Of a DNA stretch of 60,281 nt, positions 38,333-46,975 are shown piece after piece. The notes under the pieces were generated by a model. It did not search any database. It saw nothing but the letters and a program-made list of their open reading frames with translations, and was not told the DNA's origin. Location: positions 1 through 60,281 of the IMG/VR virus record IMGVR_UViG_3300036798_000218; one strand, given 5' to 3'. Every line of letters starts with the position of its first letter. The first letter of the stretch is position 1. Source of the DNA: a virus (taxonomy: Duplodnaviria > Caudoviricetes). The position numbers and the translations under genes were made by a program.

Positions 38333-40579
38333 TTATGTCCTAAATGCTCTATCAGTGATAATCATTTCAATCGTCAGACTCGTTAAGTAAACATACTGGT
38401 CAATATCACAATCAATATTAGTCCCGTTGGGAGGATTGATGAAAACACAGTAATCAACACCCTGCACAGATGTAACCGCTCCAGTCAGATCAGAGAACTT
38501 TCTACTTCTAGAGATAGCCCCCGTGGAAACTTGAAGTGTGTTCTGTAGTGATTGCGAGACGTTATTCAATACTGTGTTCTTGCTATAAGCTGGATTATAA
38601 TAAACTTGCAAGTTCAAGTCTGCCCGGACCATCCTCACCGCGGAATAGGTAAACTGTGTAGTAAAATGATTTGTATCAAGGATGAAACTTTGAACAGCAG
38701 CCTGTTGGTCATCACTAAGATCGTCTCCATAGAACTGAGCAACAAGGCTAGTACCTGAAACTGGGGGAGGCAAGGTTAAGTAGTCAATGACTACCGCAGC
38801 CGTCTCATAATCAACAGTAGAAGATTGTGGAAGGATCTGAAGCTCTAGCTGACTCAATTTGACATAGGGATTAGTTCCAAACCTATCATTAATCTGGAAC
38901 AATAAGTACTGATAAGCTACCGTATTATTCAGAGAATACCAGCGGCTCTCGCCTTCAACTCCTGGCTCATCTAAATAAACATTACCCCGAATAGGTATCC
39001 ATAAATCCTGGTTCAGCATAGAAGGGCTTGGAGTTACGTTTGATCCCCAAACACTTACACTAGCAGGAAAGGCTCTGGTATTCACACTAAGATCACTAGA
39101 CGCTCTAAACCTATAGCTAGCTGGAACTTTTGATGCAGCAAGTGTAATCTTGATAAACACAGGATCGTCAACTGTAGGTAAATCAGCTGATTGCCATGCG
39201 GTGTCGGACGAACCGTCAATGATATTTCCAATCGTGGTACCTATATCAGAGTCGGTTTCAGCAAGGGTACCAGGAGTCAGAAAATAATTCGTAAATACCA
39301 GAGGTGATGTCAAAATACCGTAGCCGTCTAAGTCTGAAAAGATGATATCTGCACTATTAGAATCAGTAGAGTAAACCTGTAGTGATCCTGGAATAGGAAG
39401 AGGTGCCGTACCAGTAGGGTCATTGGTATGAAACAAAGTAAACGAGAATCGAGTTGTCGCCCCGTCCGCAGGGGCAAGACCCGTATTAGTATATGCCTGC
39501 ATCGTCGATAAAACACCTCCCCAGAAGGCCCGGTTCATCATCTCGACAGTGCCTAGCCCTACCAAGATCGCTTGCTCATACTCTCCCCAAGCTCGTGCAT
39601 CTAGCATACCAACAGGACAACTCGCCCCAAGCAATTGACCAATGTAATCATCTCTCCGTACCGATCGCTCATTAGCTGCATATAGCCTAGGCGTAACATA
39701 CTTGATGCTATCCAAATCTTCTTCGTCAACCCCACCAGACGCAACAGTAATTGTAGTCCCAGCCAGACCTAAAGCTATACCAGGAGATATCTCGACAATA
39801 TCCAATAGTCCTACGATATCGCCTATCGAAGCTGTGTTTCCCTGTGAACCTACAGTAAGCGTATATAATACCTTGATTATTGATCCATTAGACGGAACCA
39901 CACCATAGATACCATTACCAAACAAGACAAGGACTCTCCCATCAGGAGACGTAGTCGGGATAAAGACCTGATCAGTAGCAAGATATTTGACAAAGGTGCC
40001 AGTTCCGACAGTCCAATATTCGTTATCGATCAAGACTCTTACTGTGTTCTGATCTACATTGAACTGAGTCCCGATAAGCCAACGTTGAAATTTCTCTCCA
40101 GTCGAAGTGAAACTAACAGAGTTTAGTATCCCCTCATACAGTTCAAACTCAACAGAGAGATCAGTTGGATTGATGTTATAATCTTCACGCGTGTGAAAAA
40201 CCTGTCCTCTACAAGCAAACTGAGTATATGCTGGAACAGTCAGAGGTACGTCTAACTGATTTGAGAAATCTACCTTACCATCACCTGATATAAACTGGGC
40301 AGTCTGCTGGGCTCCACGCTTCCGTGATGGAGAAACCCCTAGCGTACTGGCAATGGCATATCCAGCTGATTTAAGAAAGGCAAAGGGAGTGAAGTTATTT
40401 AAGTCTCTGGTGACCTGAGAATAGTTCAACATTGCAGTAACGCCAGCAAGCATATTGGATAATAGTACTATCGTTTGGTCGGGAAAACCTGCCGATAACA
40501 GGTCACTTTCTGAGGCGATCTTTGATTGCATTTCGACACTTAAGCTCGCGTAATCTGTGTTAAGCCCCGATAACTCCAA
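38333..40579 (-). CDS. Baseplate wedge gp6/gpJ-like protein with inserted discoidin domain
   Basis: LFGNGIYG.VP, Y..T.G..GN, ASGGVDEE..SIK..P..YA..RSV..DDY, VQGVDY. Confidence 0.85.
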   Translation of the reverse strand: MELSGLNTDYASLSVEMQSKIASESDLLSAGFPDQTIVLLSNMLAGVTAMLNYSQVTRDLNNFTPFAFLKSAGYAIASTLGVSPSRKRGAQQTAQFISGDGKVDFSNQLDVPLTVPAYTQFACRGQVFHTREDYNINPTDLSVEFELYEGILNSVSFTSTGEKFQRWLIGTQFNVDQNTVRVLIDNEYWTVGTGTFVKYLATDQVFIPTTSPDGRVLVLFGNGIYGVVPSNGSIIKVLYTLTVGSQGNTASIGDIVGLLDIVEISPGIALGLAGTTITVASGGVDEEDLDSIKYVTPRLYAANERSVRRDDYIGQLLGASCPVGMLDARAWGEYEQAILVGLGTVEMMNRAFWGGVLSTMQAYTNTGLAPADGATTRFSFTLFHTNDPTGTAPLPIPGSLQVYSTDSNSADIIFSDLDGYGILTSPLVFTNYFLTPGTLAETDSDIGTTIGNIIDGSSDTAWQSADLPTVDDPVFIKITLAASKVPASYRFRASSDLSVNTRAFPASVSVWGSNVTPSPSMLNQDLWIPIRGNVYLDEPGVEGESRWYSLNNTVAYQYLLFQINDRFGTNPYVKLSQLELQILPQSSTVDYETAAVVIDYLTLPPPVSGTSLVAQFYGDDLSDDQQAAVQSFILDTNHFTTQFTYSAVRMVRADLNLQVYYNPAYSKNTVLNNVSQSLQNTLQVSTGAISRSRKFSDLTGAVTSVQGVDYCVFINPPNGTNIDCDIDQYVYLTSLTIEMIITDRAFRT

Positions 40580-40607
40580 GTTGCATACTCCTCTTAATCG
40601 CGTGAAT

Positions 40608-41654
40608 CTATAGGGACTTGGTTGTCCTATTAAATGCTCCAGTAGGCCAATTAGTCTCAGTCCAAACCTTAAATCCTACCGAGTGTTCTTTAGCGTAAGC
40701 ACATCCCGCTTTCAATTTAACTCTAGTTGACTCATCAGATAACTTGTAACGAGGCTTAATCTCAACTATTTCAAGAGACTTATCAATATATTCTATTAGT
40801 AAATCCGGATAGTAATTACGGATTCTACCTTCATAATCGTAAGGTATGAAAAAAGGTTCAGAAAAATACCTTAAAACCAAAGGATTATTGTCTAAATAAA
40901 CATAAGCATTTTGCTCCCAACTTGACCTGTAAAAAACATCTCCAACTTTAGGAGACCTATGCCACCCGGAATTACCAAATCCACCATGCAATTTACCATT
41001 TTCCAAGAACATCTTTTTATAATGTGGGTTATTCCACATCGCCTTGAACATTTCAGACTTTTCTCTTTTCATATCATCTGAAAAAGCATTACTAATTGCC
41101 TTTGATAGTTTATCTCTATACTCAGGTCTATTCCACCTCTGCCTCGTAGTGACTCCCGTTTTTCTTCTTTGCTCTGGATTCCCATATCTTCTAACTAATG
41201 CTAATGTAAGATTTTTTCTATGTTCTTCAGAACGTTTCTGCCCTAAATTAGCCTGTCTCATTAACTCTGGGAATTCATCAGAATGAGACTTCCAGGGAGA
41301 TTCTACTTTACACTTACAAGACTTGCTACAATACGTATCGTATCCTGTAGTAAAACTACCAAATGAAACACGTTTTTTACATACAGGACACACCACCATC
41401 TCTTTAATGTTATTGACATAACAATATAATCTTTCTCTCAGTGCAACCGTATCACCAAGAAAATTAGTTGACTGTTCGATCTTGCTAAGAAGACCATATC
41501 TTATCAAGAGGTTTTTAGCTCTAGTAGAACAACGAAAACTACCGTCTATCTCTCTTACTAAAACTCTAGCTTCTTCAAGCTCACTAACCAGTCCCATATC
41601 AACATCCACGATCTCAAAATTCATTCTTACCTCCTCTAATGTTACACCTAGCAT
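40608..41654 (-). CDS. TnsA-N/gp4-like PD-(D/E)XK endonuclease with Zn ribbon and NUMOD-like repeats
   Basis: YRSSWE..LD...SEP..IPY...YYPDLL...VEIKP, CPVC..YCS..C. Confidence 0.8.
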   Translation of the reverse strand: MLGVTLEEVRMNFEIVDVDMGLVSELEEARVLVREIDGSFRCSTRAKNLLIRYGLLSKIEQSTNFLGDTVALRERLYCYVNNIKEMVVCPVCKKRVSFGSFTTGYDTYCSKSCKCKVESPWKSHSDEFPELMRQANLGQKRSEEHRKNLTLALVRRYGNPEQRRKTGVTTRQRWNRPEYRDKLSKAISNAFSDDMKREKSEMFKAMWNNPHYKKMFLENGKLHGGFGNSGWHRSPKVGDVFYRSSWEQNAYVYLDNNPLVLRYFSEPFFIPYDYEGRIRNYYPDLLIEYIDKSLEIVEIKPRYKLSDESTRVKLKAGCAYAKEHSVGFKVWTETNWPTGAFNRTTKSL

Positions 41655-41655
41655 A

Positions 41656-42195
41656 TCACTGACCGACCTGAGTTGGCAAGGCCCTGACGTACAAGGCTAT
41701 TTGATTATTAGACAGTATAGTATAAATCAAGTAAGCCACATACTGATGTATATCAGGATATGGAATCACTACCGAATTCTGGAAATCTAGCCTAACCCTA
41801 GGTTCCCATGCTTCGATAGCTTCGATAAACAAGATCTTCAACTTGTTGGCTGTAAGGTCATTCATAGGTTCAAACAACACGGACTTGATCTGAGACCCAA
41901 ACCCTCTATTGAACATAAAACTCTTCTTTGGACATTCCAATATATTATCAATATCCATATTCAATGCGTCAACACTGGTAATCACTAACTGGTTAGATGT
42001 TTGTTGAAATCGTCTATTCAGGTCATTGAAATAAAATAACTGGGGAGGCAGTGCAGTTTTTGGTAACCCTGGCCTTATTGCCCCAACGGTAAATGGCTTA
42101 GCTAACGTAGACGGAGGAGAAAAAACTGGTGGTGGCGATATAGCAATATTCTCAAAATCCGAACTATAGTCATCGTTATAATCTGGGTTAGTCAT
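41656..42195 (-). CDS. Baseplate gp25-like protein
   Basis: NIL..P...FN..FGSQI..LFEPM...AIEAWEPRV. Confidence 0.9.
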   Translation of the reverse strand: MTNPDYNDDYSSDFENIAISPPPVFSPPSTLAKPFTVGAIRPGLPKTALPPQLFYFNDLNRRFQQTSNQLVITSVDALNMDIDNILECPKKSFMFNRGFGSQIKSVLFEPMNDLTANKLKILFIEAIEAWEPRVRLDFQNSVVIPYPDIHQYVAYLIYTILSNNQIALYVRALPTQVGQ

Positions 42196-42197
42196 TA

Positions 42198-43127
42198 CTA
42201 ACCTCCCAGAATATCTCTAGAAGTAAGCCAACTCCAGGCTGTATTCTTAGCTGAAGCACCCCAAGCTAAGGCATAAGTATCCGATCTCCCCTTTCCACCT
42301 GACACTGTAGTATCTTGGCCCACAGTACGTTTATAGTTTTGGCCTACTGAATGAGTTGAAGAATCATTGTGATTAAAAGTAGCAGCACCCTGGACATTGG
42401 ATGTATGCGTACTGTTGTAGTTTTCAGTAACAGCTTTCTGGATTGTTGATTGGTGCTGACCTGAGACATTCCAGATGACATCACCATTAACTTGTGGACC
42501 GGTATTGCCCTGGGGAGTGCCCCCTTGACCGCCTCCAGCAATTCCTTGAATATTAGCAGAGCTACCATCCTCCTGAGGACCTTTGGTTCTGTCGTGCGTG
42601 GTATCCTTTACATTAAAAGTCGTCTTAGGCAGGTTAAACACCACTTCAGAAAACTGGGTCCAGTCAATAGTCTTTGTCTTACTTTTCATATCACCGTGTT
42701 CAACATTGCCAAGAGGGTCTTTGTGGCCGTAATGATCCTTCTGATTAAAACCGCTATCTGCTTTACCTTGGCTAGACCACTCTGAGATTTTACCCGGTGT
42801 AGAATATGGTGCTCCTGAAACCAGTGGAGAGTATTTATCATTACCATGATGACGCTGCTTCATCATACTATTCTTCTGAGGTAGTCCAAACGTAGACATC
42901 TCAGATTGGTTTCCGAAACTGTTATCACGTTCATTCTGAGACCACGGGATATCCTCATCTGGAATAAACCCAGCTGATCCGGGACCATGCAATTCAAGAG
43001 TTCTGGTTTTTACCCGTCCTTGTTCCTTAGGATCAGGAAACTTATGAGGATCTATGACCGTACCATACTTAATGCCCTCAGCAGCTTGCTTTAGTCCAGG
43101 TACATCAATTCCAGGCTGAAGAAACAT
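42198..43127 (-). CDS. Baseplate spike (gp5/gpV-like OB-fold + beta-helix)
   Basis: YGTVID..DP..QGRVK..PW, C-terminal VxGx repeats. Confidence 0.75.
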   Translation of the reverse strand: MFLQPGIDVPGLKQAAEGIKYGTVIDPHKFPDPKEQGRVKTRTLELHGPGSAGFIPDEDIPWSQNERDNSFGNQSEMSTFGLPQKNSMMKQRHHGNDKYSPLVSGAPYSTPGKISEWSSQGKADSGFNQKDHYGHKDPLGNVEHGDMKSKTKTIDWTQFSEVVFNLPKTTFNVKDTTHDRTKGPQEDGSSANIQGIAGGGQGGTPQGNTGPQVNGDVIWNVSGQHQSTIQKAVTENYNSTHTSNVQGAATFNHNDSSTHSVGQNYKRTVGQDTTVSGGKGRSDTYALAWGASAKNTAWSWLTSRDILGG

Positions 43128-43144
43128 TTTTACTTCTCCTAAAC

Positions 43145-44302
43145 TTAGATAAGCCCTAAACCACCGCCCCAGTCATTTCCCATGCGGATCAGGGTATACA
43201 TCTTGCTAAGAGCCGTTGGCATGATCCTAGTGCTAACGCCTGAGACGAAGTAACTCCCTGCCCAAGGTGTAATGATATCGTCTTCAAGTGGGAGAGAATG
43301 CGGCTCCAATGTAACGCTATCTAGAAGTAAAGCATTTCTGGGATAACGAGATGTTACTTTGACTATTGATGAATACAAGGATTTGAAGATAAGGTTCTGT
43401 GCTCCAGCTAGATTATAGTTTTCATGTTGGTTATCGGACTTATATGGACAAGTAGTAGACCTTTGGTTGCCCATCATGTTCTTAGCTGCACTCATTGCTC
43501 CAGCAGGAAGCCAAGCCAAGTTCACTTTCAATTCATGAAAACCCCCATCCAAGTCATATTCACCGTAATCAACTCCATATCCAGCTATTGAATTCAAAGT
43601 CCCTGAAAGCGTCTCAAATGAACAGTTCACATCATCGTACAAGATCTCAGTCGGTCCAGGAGTATAGTTTTGCTGGTATTTATTGACAAATGTCCATTGG
43701 CCTCCGAGACCACTTCGCTGTGTCACGTTATACTCTCTAAGCTCTCCCTTAGCTAATATAGCAGTTACAAAACACGATGTGTCATTAGCCCAAGCATGGT
43801 GAGCGGTATCAGTAATAAAGTCGATTCCCTTTTCATTAGTCCTAAGCCAAATTTGCTTATCTGCCGAAGCATCACACTCAGCGCTAAGTCCAGCATCACC
43901 TGCACAGGCAGCTATAGCTGATGAAGACGAAGTATTACCATAAGATTTTATCTTAGCTATATACAAATCAGGTGCATCAAGTCTCATAGAAAGATGATAT
44001 TGAAAAGCACTACTGCTAGAATACATTTGCGAATTAAAAACTCTCATTTTAAATAACTGAGGACCTGTAGGAGGTGGCATTTGGGTGTCATTCAATGTGA
44101 TATACACAGTTGTTCCATCTACAGGAGGATTCTCTAACACATAATGCGGACCACAAGCAAACGTCATTTCACCGGTAGGGTACTTCGTCGCCGCACTTTC
44201 AAATATCTGAATTTCAACTAAAGAAAACTGGTCCCAATCAACACTTTCGCCGTTGATGACTATATCTAGCTCATAGCGGTCTTGTATTACTAGTGTAGAA
44301 AT
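43145..44302 (-). CDS. Baseplate hub (gp27-like), probable ATT start
   Basis: The frame is open for 45 codons upstream of ATG 44167 to an ATT placed 8 nt after AGGAG. C-terminal GSYFVSGV motif. Confidence 0.6.
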   Translation of the reverse strand: MSTLVIQDRYELDIVINGESVDWDQFSLVEIQIFESAATKYPTGEMTFACGPHYVLENPPVDGTTVYITLNDTQMPPPTGPQLFKMRVFNSQMYSSSSAFQYHLSMRLDAPDLYIAKIKSYGNTSSSSAIAACAGDAGLSAECDASADKQIWLRTNEKGIDFITDTAHHAWANDTSCFVTAILAKGELREYNVTQRSGLGGQWTFVNKYQQNYTPGPTEILYDDVNCSFETLSGTLNSIAGYGVDYGEYDLDGGFHELKVNLAWLPAGAMSAAKNMMGNQRSTTCPYKSDNQHENYNLAGAQNLIFKSLYSSIVKVTSRYPRNALLLDSVTLEPHSLPLEDDIITPWAGSYFVSGVSTRIMPTALSKMYTLIRMGNDWGGGLGLI

Positions 44303-44349
44303 TTCTTTAGCTCCTATACAAATTCAATAGTGAATGTCATTTTTTACCT

Positions 44350-44553
44350 CTATTCTTGTTTTAGTACCTTCAGCTGTTTCTCAAGTTCTGCGATTTTCTC
44401 ATTAAGTCTCGCCACTTCAGCTGCACATAATGCAGCTTCATTAGATGCTCGATCTCTCTGAGTCTGTAGTGGAACAAGTAAGTACTTAGGATCTATTTGC
44501 TGAGCTAAAGCTGAGGTACTTATACAAAAGAGAATTAATATAAGATTTTTCAT
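44350..44553 (-). CDS. Small signal-peptide coiled-coil protein
   Basis: MKNLILILFCISTSALA-QQ, ATGA-coupled. Confidence 0.65.
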   Translation of the reverse strand: MKNLILILFCISTSALAQQIDPKYLLVPLQTQRDRASNEAALCAAEVARLNEKIAELEKQLKVLKQE

Positions 44554-45821
44554 CCGTATACCCAATTTGAACCACTGCAAAGAACTGGTTGATAGATTGC
44601 GCCTGTTGTACCAACCACTGACCCAAGCGCAGGTCCAGCCACTCCATTAGATACAGCAGACCGTAAACCAGTGCGTGCGATGGTACAAGCTACATTTGCT
44701 CCTGAGCTTGATATCGTCCCTGAACCTGATATCGTCAGCGTAGCTCCAATTTGCATGTATGGTGCTGATGTAGTAAATGTATCAGACATAACACCATTAG
44801 TACCATCCCAAAATCTACATGCAACGTCATTAGCTTCAAAACAAAGCTTGGCTCCTGCTTGTATTTGAATAGCAGCACCAGAATACGTACCAAGTAATTG
44901 TAGTCCAATTGGTGTAGTTGAAATTTCTCTTATGCCTGCGGTCGAGTGAGTAGTACTGTTCAACAAACACCCATTACATAGACCAATTGGTGCACTCCCG
45001 CTATTATCAAAATCGACGGTATCAGCAACGTTGGAGCCGTTAATCAGAATTCCATAATGTGCTGCATGGGAAGCTGATCCTGCAATGGATGCTGGACCAA
45101 TTGCTATTTCTGCAGTAATAGGCTGAGGACCAATGTCTCCAGAAAGCATTATATTGTAGCAATTTCTAACGGCAATGGCACAATCCGCTCCATTATTTTG
45201 AATATCAAATTCAACTCCTATCTTGAAAGCTCCAGTATCACCAGTCCCAATCACAAGATCATTAGCAAATGCCCATGTTGCATTGCCAGCATTAGAGCCT
45301 GTAGTCACAGAATTGAATAGACATACTTTAGCATCTGAAAAATTACCTGGACCAACTGCTGTACCACCCTTACCTGAATTCAAATTACAATCTAACGTTG
45401 CCATGTACTCAGCAATACTAGCATCTTGTGTAGCAGTGGCCTTGAGATAGAAAGCTGATCTCTGATGATCTCCAGAGAGGCATCCAATCAGAGGACAATT
45501 AGTAAAAATAGCACCAGCACCTGAAGACCACAAACCATTGACTGGAAGAGTGCTATCAGGACAAATAGAGCTACTGCAGATTGATGCTATGGCTGGGGGT
45601 GGCTGCGTAGTTGGATTCAAAAGTGAATAGAAGCCAGTACTAGCGTCAAGTTTATTCTGAAAAGCTTGATTTAGACTTAATGGATTTGGACTAGGATCAT
45701 TAGAACAAATTGGGTTTGGATAATTAGCGCACAGATGTGCGCCTTCTATAAATCCAGGACTACTTTGTGCCCATGCCGTAGAGACAAATAGAAGCCATAT
45801 AAAAATCCTAACCAAGTACAT
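44550..45821 (-). CDS. Signal-peptide-bearing Gly/Ser/Cys-rich beta protein (spike/fibre-like)
   Basis: GGAGG RBS, MYLVRIFIWLLFVSTAWA-QS, C-terminal PVLCSGSNW. Confidence 0.6.
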   Translation of the reverse strand: MYLVRIFIWLLFVSTAWAQSSPGFIEGAHLCANYPNPICSNDPSPNPLSLNQAFQNKLDASTGFYSLLNPTTQPPPAIASICSSSICPDSTLPVNGLWSSGAGAIFTNCPLIGCLSGDHQRSAFYLKATATQDASIAEYMATLDCNLNSGKGGTAVGPGNFSDAKVCLFNSVTTGSNAGNATWAFANDLVIGTGDTGAFKIGVEFDIQNNGADCAIAVRNCYNIMLSGDIGPQPITAEIAIGPASIAGSASHAAHYGILINGSNVADTVDFDNSGSAPIGLCNGCLLNSTTHSTAGIREISTTPIGLQLLGTYSGAAIQIQAGAKLCFEANDVACRFWDGTNGVMSDTFTTSAPYMQIGATLTISGSGTISSSGANVACTIARTGLRSAVSNGVAGPALGSVVGTTGAIYQPVLCSGSNWVYG

Positions 45822-46272
45822 TCGAACCTCCAAGAACACTTGAGCCAAGAGTAAAAGTTCCAGTTGGTGGGACTGTTGGAGCACTTCTGACTAATGCGCC
45901 TGGAAGCAAAGAGACCAGTCTCCCTTGCTGAGAACGAGCTACGGTTTGCTGATAGAAATTGGTTATGTCAGTAGTGTAGGGTAAGAACAAGTTCATCCCA
46001 GGAGTAATCTCTGTGTCTGGTTCAATCATTTGATTTGCTATTGATATAATCCACCAAAAATCATGAGTTCCGTAATTATCCCAAGAAATCAAATCAGGAA
46101 CTCCGTCCAATGATGCATCAATCCTTTGGACAGAACCATTAGAGTTTCTTAGATAATATGGAAAGTCTGTCCATAAAAAAGTATATGGATCAAGTATGTC
46201 TTTTCCATTAGGATCAGTAACTACTTTGAAGAAATTATCTATAGAATATGATCTGCTTACATTAGTAGCCAT
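45808..46272 (-). CDS. Baseplate gp53-like (LysM-like) protein
   Basis: PDLISWDNYGTHDFWWIISIANQM...G..LFLP. Confidence 0.8.
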   Translation of the reverse strand: MATNVSRSYSIDNFFKVVTDPNGKDILDPYTFLWTDFPYYLRNSNGSVQRIDASLDGVPDLISWDNYGTHDFWWIISIANQMIEPDTEITPGMNLFLPYTTDITNFYQQTVARSQQGRLVSLLPGALVRSAPTVPPTGTFTLGSSVLGGSNVLG

Positions 46273-46273
46273 T

Positions 46274-46975
46274 TCAGAATCCAATAGTGTCAGGACGAGT
46301 AAGATTTGGATTATTACCTGTGTAAATCCCAAGATATTCATCAACATTCTCAGCAATCGGTGAATAAAGTGTCCTAAACACTATCGTAGTAACTGCTTCC
46401 ATAGGAAAACCATTCTTATCTAATTTTGCTTTGAACTCCACATTTTGTATTAATGAGATAAACATTCTCGGTAATCTAAGATAATTTCCAACATATACGT
46501 TAATCAGATCTGCCCCCTCACCTTGCCCTGTATCAGTATCCTTCCCAAATAAACGGGCTATTGGACCCGGAGCGACCAAAAACGAATCAGAAGTACTTTC
46601 TTCTCTTCTTCTAGGCAAAGACATTTTCAACAGTCTCTTGATAGGCTCAATTACTTCTGTTTTAGAATCCTGAGTTGCAAAGAAATGTAAAGGTAACGTT
46701 AATTCCAACGGTTCTGACCCTCTCCACTCTTGAGCCGTTAACCTCTTTGAGAAAAGAGTAGAACCACTGAAAAAATTGGCGGTAAGAAAGTTAAGTGCTG
46801 CTGGAAGATCAGTAGAAACTACAGGTCCCCAATTCGAACGTACCGAAATCTGTATAGCATCAGGCAGCCACGCCTGAACATGCCCCCATCTACTTGAACT
46901 TATAATCACTACATAATACTTACTTTGTCCAGTTGGATGAGTTACACCAGCTGTATCAGAAGGGAAATATGCCAT
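46274..46975 (-). CDS. Tail tube initiator/baseplate cap-like protein
   Basis: W.GSEP.ELTL.L.F, D..GFP.EA motifs and position in the cluster. Confidence 0.6.
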   Translation of the reverse strand: MAYFPSDTAGVTHPTGQSKYYVVIISSSRWGHVQAWLPDAIQISVRSNWGPVVSTDLPAALNFLTANFFSGSTLFSKRLTAQEWRGSEPLELTLPLHFFATQDSKTEVIEPIKRLLKMSLPRRREESTSDSFLVAPGPIARLFGKDTDTGQGEGADLINVYVGNYLRLPRMFISLIQNVEFKAKLDKNGFPMEAVTTIVFRTLYSPIAENVDEYLGIYTGNNPNLTRPDTIGF

